A DNA stretch of 63,905 nt, filler included, from Octopus bimaculoides (GCF_001194135.2; 7 parts of 7 records of this genome joined end to end with filler, not necessarily neighbours in it), one strand, 5' to 3'. Positions 49,165-62,628 are shown, numbered from the whole stretch's first letter. Notes: generated by a model not told the origin, from the letters alone. Numbers and translations: made by a program.

Positions 49165-49375
49165 CTTTACTACTCTAGGCACAAGGCCCGAACTTTTGGA
49201 GGTGGGCAGTCGATTATATCGACCCCAGTAAGCAACTGGTACTTGATTCATCGTCCCCGAAAAGATGACAGCAACGTCGACCTCGGCGGAATTTGAACTC
49301 AGAACGTAAAGACAGACGAAATACTGCTAAGCATTTCGCCCGGAGTTCTAATGTTTCTGCCAGCTCACCGCCTTT
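49165..49375 (-). mobile_element. SINE family B with ~15-bp TSD
   Basis: TTTTATAACATTATT (49150-49164) and TTTTATGACATTATT (49377-49391) flank a near-complete copy. Confidence 0.85.
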
Positions 49376-50389
49376 CTTTTATGACATTATTAAAGCACCG
49401 TTAGGTTCAGTCGGTGCCCTTAAAATAACGTACTAAACGAGAATGTTAGATTGGCCGAATGTTAAGACATTAGGCGTGATATTTTGCGGTATTTCTTTCG
49501 TGACTTTGTTTCATTATTTTGCGTTAAGAATATTCCGATATTAGACTTAATTTGGTGCCGCGGCTTAACTCTAGCTCAGCTTCAGTTAAGTCTTGCAGAA
49601 TTCACTGTGAAGCAAGCTTTCTGGGCAGGTCACTGACTTGAGGATAGATTCATACGCTCTTCTTTAACTATCCCGTTGGGATCCTGAAAACAACAAAGGT
49701 ACTGGCTTCACCTATTCCTGGCCGTTAATAAAAGCTAATTATATTTCAAACTTTAAAAAAATGTTCTGTAAACCATTTTCTGCATTAAAACTACTGTTGT
49801 AATGATCTTTCTTTATATAATGATTATTAGTTTACAGAGAGTGCAGATTTATTTTATACGAAAAAAAAACTTGAGAAAAAGTTCTTGCAAATGTGCAATG
49901 ATATGGTATATATAACGGTCAGGTTAGATATAAACAGCATACTATTTTATGTTCCAATTTTTAACACATACTTTCCCATTCGATTCTACATAGAAAATTC
50001 TAATTTATTAATTAAATTTGTTATGTACCCTAACTTGTATTTCTTGTGATTCAAGTTTATTTTTGCTATTTCTCATTCCTGGCGAATTCTAATTAGTTTT
50101 AATCATTCAATAAAATGTAGCTTACTTGACTATAACAGTTCAAAGAGGAATATTTTTCATCAAATCTTATCATGTTCTTTTAACTTTGGTCCTAAATGTT
50201 TATTTATTAAGATTAAGAATTTGAAAAAGAAAACAAGACGCCGTCAGAAAAATAAATAGAAGAAAGTAAAATCAATGTTTTTAAACATTTCAAAGGAAGC
50301 AAAAAAAAAAGAGAGGAAAGAAAAAAATTGCTTTCAAACGCTCTGTAATTACGAATCTTTGATATTGAAGATAAAAATATCAATCGTGT

Positions 50390-51000
50390 ACAGAAGTTAT
50401 TTCAGTTGAGTATCATTTGTTTAAGATTGCAATGTAATGCTTCGAGATCCAGTAGGTTTTATGATACTCCACAGAAAATTTCAATCAACGCTGTTAATTT
50501 TTTCTTTTTTTTTTGTGTGTAATCGAAGTTTATTGAGAATAGCTGCTGGAATCCAGATTTTTGCGTGGTAACATTCCATGTTGTGAAGATTTATTCAAAG
50601 TATAACCGCTCCTGTCTAAACCCAAACGGCTTTTTCTTGTATTCTTCAATCAATGGTGTCACGAAGATGCTATAGCTGTAAGCTGCAAAATACCTTGTCT
50701 GAGACCAGTAAGTCTGAAAAACCACACCAATTGTTCCACTCAACTGTATTTCCTTTATTTCGACTATGATACATCAACTATGATACGTAGCCATTGTTGT
50801 TTAAAAACGTTGCAATTGAGAGAAACTGTTTGATATATTGATCACTGAAGTTAGAATACCTAGACTTCTCTACGTCAGCAGCTCAAACGGCATATGGTCT
50901 ACAACAGTTAGTTTATTTTGGCTTTTGTTTTGTAGAGTTTTTTGGTATGTTTTAGTTCCTTGATCGCACTCTACTTTTTTCTGTCCAGATTTTCTCATTC
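50390..51000 (-). mobile_element. RTE-type LINE, RT N-terminal half (reverse orientation)
   Basis: AIKELK...FELL, GFRQER..IF, INFDY....NSVD*NFLWSII..PKHYIAILK (GFR..RS / FIDF.KAFDSV..LW..YGIP motifs), heavily decayed. Confidence 0.55.
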
Positions 51001-51049
51001 CTGTAACTAGCTCTGGTTCAAGTAATCATTTTTATAACTGAACTCTAAT

Positions 51050-51830
51050 TTGGAGGTAATTGGTAGAACCTCATGTGAAAATTTTCCACCTAAAGATATG
51101 CTCTGCTTTTTCATTTGTGGAGATCACTTGCAATTTTCGCTGCGTAAAGACAGAAATGAGAAACCCTGGCTACTCTCACATGACCATGAGGGTTCAACAC
51201 AGATACATCGTCTCTCCATTCATTTTGTGTACTCTATCTTGAAAAAGGCAGCTGACAACAATGAATATGATATCGAAAGGAAAGATCAGAGATCGTTCGC
51301 CGACCTGGATTTTGCTGTTGTTGCATTATTGGCAGGATCCAGAAAGAATTAACTGAAGAGGCGGAGAAAACCAAAAACCAAATTGAGAGTGAATGCAAGG
51401 TCGTCCAATAAAGAGAAACTAATTTCTCAATGTTTGAAGACCAAAGTGTCGAAGATGCGAGCCAATTAACATACCTTGGCAGTGTTAAGGGCGGTTTTGG
51501 ATACGCTGATATAGATATCAAATGAAGAATCGGGAAGTTATCACAGTATTTCAGCCAAAGTACAAAGTCAAGGCCATCAACATACAAGACATCATCATTG
51601 AGATCTGCGTACATGATATCATCGCATTACCAGTGGTTCTATATGCAAGCCAAATGTGGAGAAACTGCGAATGCTACTAAAACGTTGGATGTCTTTCACC
51701 AAGAGTGTTTGAGGTAAATCCTCAGAATTTTCACCCATGATTGAATCAGAAACAAAGAAAACTTAAGAAGACCATCGTTGCAAAACCTCCAATTCAGAAT
51801 AATGCAGCAGGCGTATTGTCAACAAGAAAA
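51050..51830 (+). mobile_element. RTE-type LINE, RT C-terminal half
   Basis: NFRCVKTE..RVQHRYIVSPF (GVRQGC.LSP), FADLDFA..VALL (DLDFADD.ALL), then YLGS-like, VLY and LDVFH..CLR.ILRI motifs. Confidence 0.7.
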
Positions 51831-53252
51831 TAAACATCAGTGAGATCATGAACAAATCGAAGACAGGAATAGAAACAGGAGGACAGGAAACCTTCACGCC
51901 ACATCGCGTCGAATCTTTCTGAGGTACATTAAAACTATCAACTGATCGAGGACACTCGAAAAGAACTGCTACCTGATTTGAAAACTCTCATGAGTTAAAC
52001 TATTGAACTGAATCACGTAATTCGGTTTCTTCCCGATGAGTGCCGCCTGGAGAATAATGAAATCTACAGAGCTGAGTAAAGTCTTTTCTTTTGATGTGAT
52101 GTACAAGTTAATTAGGAAAGAATTGGAAGACCACACGACCTATGCAGGTCACACTGATACAGCAAGTGCTCAGCTTAGACATCTGAAGGTGAATATTTCC
52201 TATCCGCCCTAAAATATAGGGCGGATAGGTCTCATGTTGTCATATATGAATGCTGACATCAAAGTGAACTCTGTGATTTTGTTTTTACTGTTTTTTAAAC
52301 ATAAATAGAATATATATTCAAAGTATTCCATCCACGACTATTCCGCTGGGATGAGACTACATAGAACTAAACTATCTTATGTATTCTAGCATTACCATTT
52401 TTTACAGAACAATAGTGTTTCTGGAGTATTAAGTTACTATTTCAAGCAGGTTAGGCAATCATGTGATGACTCCCTATTAATCTAAGCAGCGTGTATTGTC
52501 ACATATAATACACGAAATATTCAATGTAGCCCCAGGATGCAACGTGCTATGGAATTTACCATTCCTATTCCCATTCAGAATATTCTAAAGAAATTTTAAA
52601 TGACATTTCTCAGCGAAAACCGTATTGAAATTTTATTAAAAGTAATGTTTCATTATTAGTTCTCAATTTATTTATTTATTTATGTTTTATTTATTTATTT
52701 ATTTCTGTTTTCAATGAATTAATTTCGGCAGACAATCAAACTATTTAATTTTTGACCTTGCATGTTCACACACAAAATCATGTCTTGATGTCTGTCTGTC
52801 TGTGTGTCCCGTTGAGAAGAATCACCTGCGGCATCGTGTTCTTTAGGATGAAGAAATATTTGTGAACATTTGCACAAAATTACAGACAAACGTGAGCTTC
52901 AGAAACCAAACGAAAACATTTTATAAACCAAACAAATTTCCAAAATTCTTCATTCTGAGCTTGTTCCATAGTATTGAAATGTAAATATTTGTTCACCAAA
53001 ATAGTTTTACATTTTAATATTTCAAAAAGTAACACACATTTTTGATTTTAATTAAAATTTCATCCATACCTAGTCTTTACTTTTTAACTTTCATTCTGTA
53101 ATAGGCGAACGAATGGCTATGCGATGGAGAAGCTCGCTTTGCAGCTACGTAGTTTCGAGTTTAGTTCCTCTGTGTGGCACCAGATGTCTTATACTATTGC
53201 ATTGCACTGACCTCAGACTTAACAATCGATTTTGTTGACGGAAAGCCCGTGG

Positions 53253-53291
<39 letters not shown>

Positions 53292-53591
53292 TAATAGACA
53301 GACAGACAGACAGACGGATGGATGGATGGATGAATGGATGGATGGATGGATGGATGGGTGGGTGGGTGTGTGGATGGATGGATGGATGGATAGATAGATA
53401 CATTTCTTTTATTAGCCACACAGGGCTCAACGAAGNNNNNNNNNNNNNNNNNNNNNNNNNNNNNNNNNNNNNNNNNNNNTTAATTAATTAANNNNNNNNN
53501 NNNNNNNNNNNNNNNNNNNNNNNNNNNNNNNNNNNCAGAGGAAGAACGAGGGGGGGGGAGAAAGGAAAGAGAAAGAGAGAGAGAGAGAGAG

Positions 53592-53624
<33 letters not shown>

Positions 53625-53627
<3 letters not shown>

Positions 53628-53790
53628 GACAGGCTTCTTTCAGTTCCTGTCTACCAAATCCACTCATAAGGCTTTGGTCAGCCCAAGGCTAGAATAGAGG
53701 ACACTTACCCAAGGTGACATGCAGCAGGACTGAACCCAGAACCATGTGGTTGGGAAGCAAAGTTCTTACCACACAGCCATACGTGCACCT
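53625..53790 (-). mobile_element. SINE family A head
   Basis: Reverse complement of the A-family head, abutting (TA)n. Confidence 0.8.
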
Positions 53791-54217
53791 GTATGGAAAT
53801 TATTTTTGTTTAATTAAATGTTGTTGAAAGTAAATCAACAATTCATTTCCTTATATGGAAATGGTCCATTTGTATTTCCCCTGTTTTCGAGAAAGGCATA
53901 AATATCAAAACTACTCCATTTCCCCACCCCTGCTCACTAAATAATTCTGACACTTGTCCAGCAGTTCAGTTCCACTTTGAAATACTTTGGGCAGGTGTCT
54001 TTTACTATAGCAATAGGGTCACCCAATGTCTTGTAAGTAAATTTGATGGACTGAAACTGAACAGAGCCTGTTGTGCATGTGCTTGTGTGTGTGTGTGCAT
54101 GTACATGTGTGTGTGTGTGTGTGAGTGTGTGCACATGTATGTGTGTATGTGTGTGTGTGTGCATGCATGTGTGTGTGTGTGTATGTGTCTGTGCACATAT
54201 ATGTGTGTGTATGTGTG

Positions 54218-54451
54218 TTATTTCCTTACTGCCCACAAGGGGCTACACACAGAGGGGACAAGCAAGGACAGACAAAGGGGTTAAGTCAATTACATCGACC
54301 CCAGTGCATAACTGGTACTTATTTAATCGACCCCGAAAGGATGAAAGACAAAGTCGACCTTAGCGGAATTTGAACTCAGAACATAACGGCAGACGAAATA
54401 CCGCTAAGCATTTCGCCCAGCGTGCTAACATTTCTGCTAACTCGCTGCCTT
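54218..54451 (-). mobile_element. SINE family B, near full length
   Basis: Complete B-family layout from the AAGGCAGCGAG head to the GTAAGGAAATAA tail. Confidence 0.85.
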
Positions 54452-55649
54452 GTGTGTGCATATGTATGTGTGTGTATATTTGTGTGTATGTGCACATGTG
54501 TGCGTGTACATGTACATGTGTGTACGTGTGCATGTGTTTGTATGTTTGTGTGTTTTATATTTGCTTTTTCTGAAACCGGCTGATGCTTTTATTTTCTGTC
54601 AACAGACAATTCACTTGTCTCCCCCTTGTAGACATAAGGACACAGGAAATGTGTCAAGGCCAACAGGAAGCGGTGTAGCTTCCTAGGTCTAACCAACAGT
54701 AGTATTATTCCCTTCAGGGGACTGTCACATTAAGTTGACAGCATACAACTACTTCAGATAATCCACTGGTTTTGCAAATCCAAAAATGTGCAGAAATAAA
54801 AAAGCTCTTACTCGAAAAATAAGGGTAAAAGTTAGTGACAGGAAAAGCATCCAGCCATAAAATGATCTTTGATAATATAATTTATCCAACTTTATTTAAC
54901 CCAGACTATCAGGCATGTATCTATCAATAAGCTTTCATCCTTTAGTATTCAAATTATTCTGTCAAATGCAGAACTTACTTATTCTCATTACCTCACAGCT
55001 TTCAATGATATGATTGTTTATTTTTGCAGTGGCATTGTAGATAAGGTGCAAGAGGCTGGATCTGATCTATTTGAACATAAAACAGGAAGAATATAAGGAC
55101 CAGGCCAGTTTAACTATTTAGCATTTAGATGTATTTATCAAATGTAATGCTTATTTATTCATGTTTTGAGTTAATCCTTCTTTATTTCAGTTTTAAGATT
55201 TCATTGATGTAATTGTTTGTTTTAAGAATGACATTGTAGGATAAGTGTAAGAGGTCAGATCTGGCCAGTTTGAACATAAAACATGGGGAATATTTATTTG
55301 AACCTAATATGGTCAGCTCAAATGGGAAAGGGTTAAGACAGTATAGAGTTTTTTGAGGGAGTATTAGCTGCTATTTCTTGCAGATTGAACAGCCATATAC
55401 AGGCTTTTCTTGTTGTTGCTACAATTAGTGTTCATTAATGAGGTTCTTACTGATGGTTTTGTTGTTGTTGTATGCTACATCAACTTTTAATACAATTCAC
55501 ATTAAAAATCTATTTGTATACAATAATTACAATAACCCAAGTTAAGTTAATTAAAACTCTTAATTTTTTTTTTTTTCTTTTCAAATCACGGGATTTACTA
55601 ATTAAGTAAATTTTTGTTGAATTGGAAACTTTTGAGAAAGTAAAGAATA

Positions 55650-55940
55650 GTGAAAATAAGTCTTTGTCATCATCACCATCATGATCATCATCACTGTCAT
55701 CACCACCACTACCATTTTCATCATCAGCATCATCATTATCATCATCATCATCATCACCACCACTACCACCACTACTACCACAACCATAAACATGAACTCC
55801 AACTACCACCGCCACCAATAACAACAATAAACCAGCACCACCATCATTGTTGCCATTGTCATATTCCTCTGTCATCATCATCATCATCTTCACCCCCACC
55901 ATGACCACCACCACAACCATCATCATCATCATCATCTGCA
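55650..55940. repeat. Degenerate (CAT/CAC)n microsatellite
   Basis: Directly visible. Confidence 0.9.
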
Positions 55941-56182
55941 ATTGCCAATTGTTTGAATATAGGTGGATCATCAGATATTTCTGTCTCCTTGCTCCTTCTA
56001 TCAATTATTAATGACTTGTAAGGATGCAGCATTTCATTATGCAACCATAATATTCTACAGAATATATTAAACGTTTTTATAAGTCAATACCATTTTCTAC
56101 AGTGTTAGCAGTGCTATTAAACCAGTTGTTAAGGTTATCTCTATAGATGTTTTATAGAAATTATAACCAACACATAAGCACA

Positions 56183-56554
56183 GGAGTGGCTGTGTGGTAA
56201 GTAGCTCGCTTACCAACCACATGGTTCCGGATTCAATCCCACTGCGTGGCACTTTGGCCAAGTGTCTTCTACTATAGCCTCGGGCCGACCAAAGCCTTGT
56301 GAGTGGATTTGGTAGACAGAAACTGAAAGAAGCCTGTTGTATATATGTATATATATATGTGTGTGTATCTGTATGTCTGTGTTTGTTCCCCCAACATCGC
56401 TTGACAACTGATGCTGGTGTGTTTACGTCCCCGTAACTTAGCAGTTCGGCAAAAGAAACTGATAGAATAAGTACTAAGCTTACAAAGAATAAGTGCTGGG
56501 GTCAATTTGCTTGGCCGCAGTCAAATGACTGAAACAAGTAAAAGAGTAAAAGAG

Positions 56555-56556
<2 letters not shown>
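56183..56556 (+). mobile_element. SINE family A, full length
   Basis: tRNA-like head (TGGCTGTGTGG / GGATTCAATCCC), core, internal (TA/TG)n, 3' half, and (TAAAAGAG)2 tail. Confidence 0.9.
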
Positions 56557-56585
<29 letters not shown>

Positions 56586-56897
56586 TTAGGGAAAAAAACT
56601 ATCATTATCAAATGATATTTATTTTGTATTATATTATACTTATTTATTGTGCTTTTACNNNNNNNNNNNNNNNNNNNNNNNNNNNNNNNNNNNNNNNNNN
56701 NNNNNNNNNNNNNNNNNNNNNNNNNNNNNNNNNNNNNNNNNNNNNNNNNNNNNNNNNNNNNNNNNNNNNNNNNNNNNNNNNNNNNNNNNNNNNNNNNNNN
56801 NNNNNNNNNNNNNNNNNNNNNNNNNNNNNNNNNNNNNNNNNNNNNNNNNNNNNNNNNNNNNNNNNNNNNNNNNNNNNNNNNNNNNNNNNNNNNNNNN

Positions 56898-56947
<50 letters not shown>

Positions 56948-57129
56948 AGAATGGAGAACAAATTTCAAAAGTCAAATCCCTTTATTAAATTAAATCACTT
57001 TGCATCATAAACATATTCATATACAGTGTCAATTCAAATACAAACATACAAATCAAGAAAGCATAGAATATATAAATGTACCTGCATTAAAACATTTGGT
57101 GTTAAGCATTCAAATCATAAATATATGTT

Positions 57130-58700
57130 TTTGTGTTTGTGTTTGTCTCTCATTACCACTTGACAACTGGTGTTGGTTTGTATGTCCCCCGTGACTTAGT
57201 AGCTCGGCAAAATACACGGATAGAATCAGTACCAGGCTTTGAAAATAAGTACCATGGTCAATTCAGTCAACTAAAAAGATTCTCCAAGATGGTGCTCCAG
57301 TATGGCCACAGTCTAACGACTGGAACAAGTAAAAGATAAAAGATAGACTTCCACACTACTTCAGACACAATTAACCACAGTGTGGACTTCAGCTTGTCAG
57401 GGGTTGTAGTATATCTGGTGCTATGGATTTGTGGACCATTACTAGAGGTTCAGCCAACTGTCAAAATTCTCTAGTTCTGCTCAATCAGAGCTGACCTGGA
57501 ATTACACGACAACAACAGCAACAACAAACTATGAAGATACTGGTAAACACTGATTTCTTCATTTGTAAGAAGAACGGGGACCTTTTTTTTTTTTTCCTTT
57601 TTAGATAATGGTGAAGATTATACTTTAGTCCTTTATTATTGGTTTGGAATTTTGGTACAAGAATTTTGGTACAAGACCAATGATTTCAGAGAAGGATGTA
57701 TGTCAATTACATTGACCCCCAGCACTCAACTAGTACTGATGTTACCGACCCTGAGAGGCTAAAAGACAAAGTTGACTTCAGCAGAACTTGAACTCAAAAA
57801 ATGTAAAGTCAGACAAAGATTACATCACCTCCCAGTGTTCAAATTGTATTTATTTTATCGACCCTGAGAGGATGAAAGACAAAGTTGACCTCAGCAGAAT
57901 TTGAACTTGGAGTGTAAAGCTGGACAAAATGCCACAAAGCACTTTGCTCAGTGTCCTAATGATTCTGCCATCTTGCTGCCTTATTTTGGTCCATTATTAT
58001 TATCAGATAGATCAAGACGGCAAGCTGGCGGAATAGTTAGCACACCAGGCAGCATACTTAATGGCATTTCATTTGTCCTTGTGTTCTGAGTTCAAATCCC
58101 TCCAAGGCTGAATTTGCCTTTCATCTTTTCAGGGTTAATAAATTGAGTACCAGTCATGCACTGGGGATCAATGAAATTAACTAGCCCCTCCTCTAAATTT
58201 TCAGGCTATGTACCTACAGTACAAAGGATTTTAAGCAGATAGAAAGGTAGCAAAGTGAGAGAAACATTACCATGTTGGAGAAAAAGTTTTGTAGCATTTC
58301 ATTCATCTTCACGCTCTGAGTTCAAATTAAGTACCTGTCATGCACTGGGGTCAATGAAATTGACTAGCCACTTTTCGATCTGCTAATAATCCTTTCGACT
58401 TTAGGTACAAGGCCTGAAACTTTAGGTAAGCGGGGAGACAGGGCTAGTCAATTTCATCGACCCCAGTGCATGACTGGTACTTAATTTATCGACCCCCACC
58501 CCCACCAAATAGAGGAAAGGCAAAGTCAACCTTAGTAGAATTTGAACTCAGAACATAAGGACAATTCATCCAAGGTCAACTTTGCCTTTCATCCCTTTTT
58601 TTTGGGGGGGGGGGTCTATTAAATAAGTAACAGTCATGTACTGGGATCAGTGTAATCAGCTAATCCACTCAACCCAAATTTCAAGCCTTGTGCTTCTAAT
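57130..58700. mobile_element. Dense cluster of degenerate SINE A/B fragments on both strands
   Basis: Multiple AAAGTTGACCTC, GAGTTCAAAT, TAAGTACC and CTGGGGTCAAT modules. Confidence 0.7.
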
Positions 58701-59132
58701 AGAGAGGATTACCAGTTGATAGAGTCAGCTCCAGCTAGGGTTTGATCTCAGAACATAGACATCCAAAACTAAAAGATTTACAAGATTTATTCCAGTACCA
58801 CACTTTCTACCGTGGCACAGCATGTGCTTTCAGGTATTACAACAGAAGACGACACATTGCGTGCAACAAGTTTGGTTTCGATGCAAAAGCTCCACCTGGT
58901 GAACAGCATACAAACTATAGAACAGTCTTTTATTTAGTGAATACATAAAATTTATTTACATATAAATGTTATCTTAGCACGTGTAAAACGAATTGGGTGG
59001 GGAGGGTGGAAATAAGATACAGAAAAACATTTCAACAAAGTATCATTTTGAACTGGGAAAATTCTTTAGAAAATTATTGTTCAATTAAATAATAACTGCA
59101 ATTAGTGTAAGATTCAGTATTGTCCAATATAT

Positions 59133-59177
<45 letters not shown>

Positions 59178-59189
59178 CACGTATGTAAC

Positions 59190-59233
<44 letters not shown>

Positions 59234-59333
59234 NNNNNNNNNNNNNNNNNNNNNNNNNNNNNNNNNNNNNNNNNNNNTTAATTAATTAANNNNNNNNNNN
59301 NNNNNNNNNNNNNNNNNNNNNNNNNNNNNNNNN

Positions 59334-59368
<35 letters not shown>

Positions 59369-59830
59369 CTATTATCATATTTTTTTCCGTCATTAAACTG
59401 CTGTTATGCTGGGGTATTGCCTTAATCTGTTCTTTCCATCAAATAGAGGCAGTACTTATTATATCATAAACACACTTACAAACACACGCGCGCGCATGCA
59501 AACAACACATCTATATGCATATATATGAGTATATGAAATAATTACAAGTATTTTAGTAACCAGGAAACGATCGTTTCGATCCATCCTGCTAATGTCCCTT
59601 ATGGATAGGTCTCCGTCCCACATGTTGTGTTGCATCCATTTTGCAGTCTGGGTCTCATCAGGTACATCCATACATAAAGTCGTGTCTAGTTGAAGTCCTG
59701 AGTTTTGACTGTCATGTTGTTATATACCCCTGTGGTTAGGGAATGAAACATCGCTAGAATATACAATTACTATTACCTTTCTATAAGAATTGCAAACATT
59801 TGTAATTATAGGCAAATGGCTGTGGAAATA

Positions 59831-59867
<37 letters not shown>

Positions 59868-61250
59868 ATATATATATATATATATATTTATATAAGGGCC
59901 TTACTATACAATAATGCTTCACGTAATGCCGTTATATAAATATAAAAATATATATTTCGAGAATAAATAATGGATTTTTTCCCTTATGAGCTTTTTTTCA
60001 CGCTAGCTACTTGATAAATTCTTGTAAAAGAATTCGTACTGTTATTGAATTTATATATATATATATATATATANNNNNNNNNNNNNNNNNNNNNNNNNNN
60101 NNNNNNNNNNNNNNNNNNNNNNNNNNNNNNNNNNNNNNNNNNNNNNNNNNNNNNNNNNNNNNNNNNNNNNNNNNNNNNNNNNNNNNNNNNNNNNNNNNNN
60201 NNNNNNNNNNNNNNNNNNNNNNNNNNNNNNNNNNNNNNNNNNNNNNNNNNNNNNNNNNNNNNNNNNNNNNNNNNNNNNNNNNNNNNNNNNNNNNNNNNNN
60301 NNNNNNNNNNNNNNNNNNNNNNNNNNNNNNNNNNNNNNNNNNNNNNNNNNNNNNNNNNNNNNNNNNNNNNNNNNNNNNNNNNNNNNNNNNNNNNNNNNNA
60401 CACACAAATGCCGGGCTTCCTTCAGGTTGTGTTTATCACATCCACTCACAAGGCTTTATTCGGTCTGAGGCTATAGTGGAAGAAATGTGCCCAAGATACC
60501 GCACTTTGTGACTGAACTCGGAACCATAGGGTTGCGAAGAGAACTTTTTTATCACTCGCCCACACCCCGATTATATATCTTTTTTGTTTTACCAGATTCA
60601 GCTTGAGAGCTGTGGCCTGCTGGGGCACGACTGTTTGGTTTGTTACGCTTTCACTAAACCTCCTCTGATATGTGGCATTTGTTGTATGAGTGCGATTCAT
60701 CTTGCTGCCGTCTTATGCATTTCTTGTGTAATTTGTATATACATATGTGCGCATGTATGCGCGCGTACGTGTGTGTGTACGTATGTATGTGTGCATATAT
60801 ATATACATATGTGTGTGTGAGCATATATATATATCATATCCATACACATACATACACGTACACATATTTCAATGTGCATATTTACTTATTTATGTCTATA
60901 AATGCTCACCAGGGAAGCAATAGAATTAGATGATTTGATACATTCTTATACCCATCCATACATAAAAGAGTACGTGTAGATAATCTTACATATTTAGCAA
61001 ATAACTTGCAGATACAAGTATAAATATTTACACATTGAATGTTTTATTTTCACGCAGAAGCTTCCTTAATTTACATTTTAGATGGATCACTTAAACCATT
61101 ACTTGCTTCGCTGAATTTATTTCAAAGCATTCTCGGAGGAGCATAATTATCGCGGGGGACTTCTTTGAAAGTGTACCATTTGTTTTCAGCGTTAATATTA
61201 AAACATACATGCATATACATACATATTTACAAACACACACACAAAAACGC

Positions 61251-61295
<45 letters not shown>

Positions 61296-61339
61296 CACAC
61301 ACACACACACAAACACGCACATTATCTCTCTATCTTTTT

Positions 61340-61860
61340 GATTGTGGCAGTGTAGTAAGAAGCTTGCTTTCAAGCCACATTGTTCGGGTTTCAGCTCCAT
61401 TGCGTGGCATCTTTAGCAAGTGTATTTTACAATAGCCTTTGGCCGACTAAGGCCTTGTGAGTGGATTTGGTAGACGGAAACTGAAAGAAGCCCGTCATAT
61501 ATATATATATATATATATTTGTATNNNNNNNNNNNNNNNNNNNNNNNNNNNNNNNNNNNNNNNNNNNNNNNNNNNNNNNNNNNNNNNNNNNNNNNNNNNN
61601 NNNNNNNNTATCTGTGTATATATGTATGAGTGTATTTTTGCGTGTATGTGTGTGTGTCTGTGTGTGTGTTTGTGTGTGTATCTATATGTTTATGTGTTTG
61701 TGTCTGTGTTTATCCCTCACCACGCCTTGACAACGGATGTTCCTGTAACTTAACGGTTCCAAAAAAGAGACCGACAAATTAAGTACCAGGCTTACAAAGA
61801 ATACGTCCAGGGGTCGACTTGTTCGACAAAATGTTGATGCTCCAGCATGGCCGCCTCTCT
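61340..61860 (+). mobile_element. SINE family A, gap within the internal microsatellite
   Basis: Head 61340-61500, (TA/TG)n and gap, 3' half 61690-61860. Confidence 0.8.
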
Positions 61861-62628
61861 TGTTCTTCATCCTTTCTGTTCTTCTCTCCCTTTCACCGTT
61901 CCCTCTCTCTCTCTCTCACTCACTCTTCCTCCTTGACCTTCTCGTTGCGGACACGACGAAAGGGGAAATTTCTTTCTGTCTACTTCCTTCCTAAAGAAAA
62001 GACGTGCCTTTTCCTGTCTCCTCAAGGCTCGTCTACCTGGCGTTCATAATAATTTTTCTATCATCTTGTCTCATCAGCCCTGACCATTTGTTTTTACTGT
62101 CTTGTTTTCACTGTCCTGTTCTGAACACTTTCACCATCCGCAAAAATACCCAAATTTTATTTAATTTGCTTTGCAGGAAGGACTGTTTCAACCAATTCGC
62201 ATATTGTCCTTGCCTTCGGAACGCGAAGCAGATGAAACAGGGACACTGACGAAGGAGTATACTCTTTATGTTGCGTGTCTCGTTTCTATGTTTGTTTTTT
62301 TCGTTGTTCGAAAAAAGTTCGTTTTCTATGTTTTCGTTTCTCATTGTGTTTAACGTTTTTTTTATGTGTTGTACCCATATATGCATGTATGTATACATAT
62401 ATATGTAGGTATGTACATATATGTATGGATATATGCATATATTTATATAGTATCTGTTATATATACATATAAATATATATAAATTTATATAAATAAGGAT
62501 AAGATCGATATTTAAATACCGATTTTATCAGGTGGCCAGCATGCAAATAAAATCCATTTCCAGCGTAGCGGTATCTCTTAGATACCCTAAAATATAATTT
62601 TATATATTTATATATATATATATATATA

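Noticed and set aside
56183-56260. tRNA-like A/B boxes here and in other SINE heads as tRNA genes
   Set aside because: No full cloverleaf; each continues into SINE body sequence.
3626-61753. Many long ORF-track entries made of X runs or HT/IY/CV/YM dipeptide repeats
   Set aside because: They are translations of N-gaps and microsatellites, not proteins.
62177-62260. Plus-strand acceptor (TTTAATTTGCTTTGCAG) followed by short open frames
   Set aside because: No good donor, no recognisable product and no linked exons.
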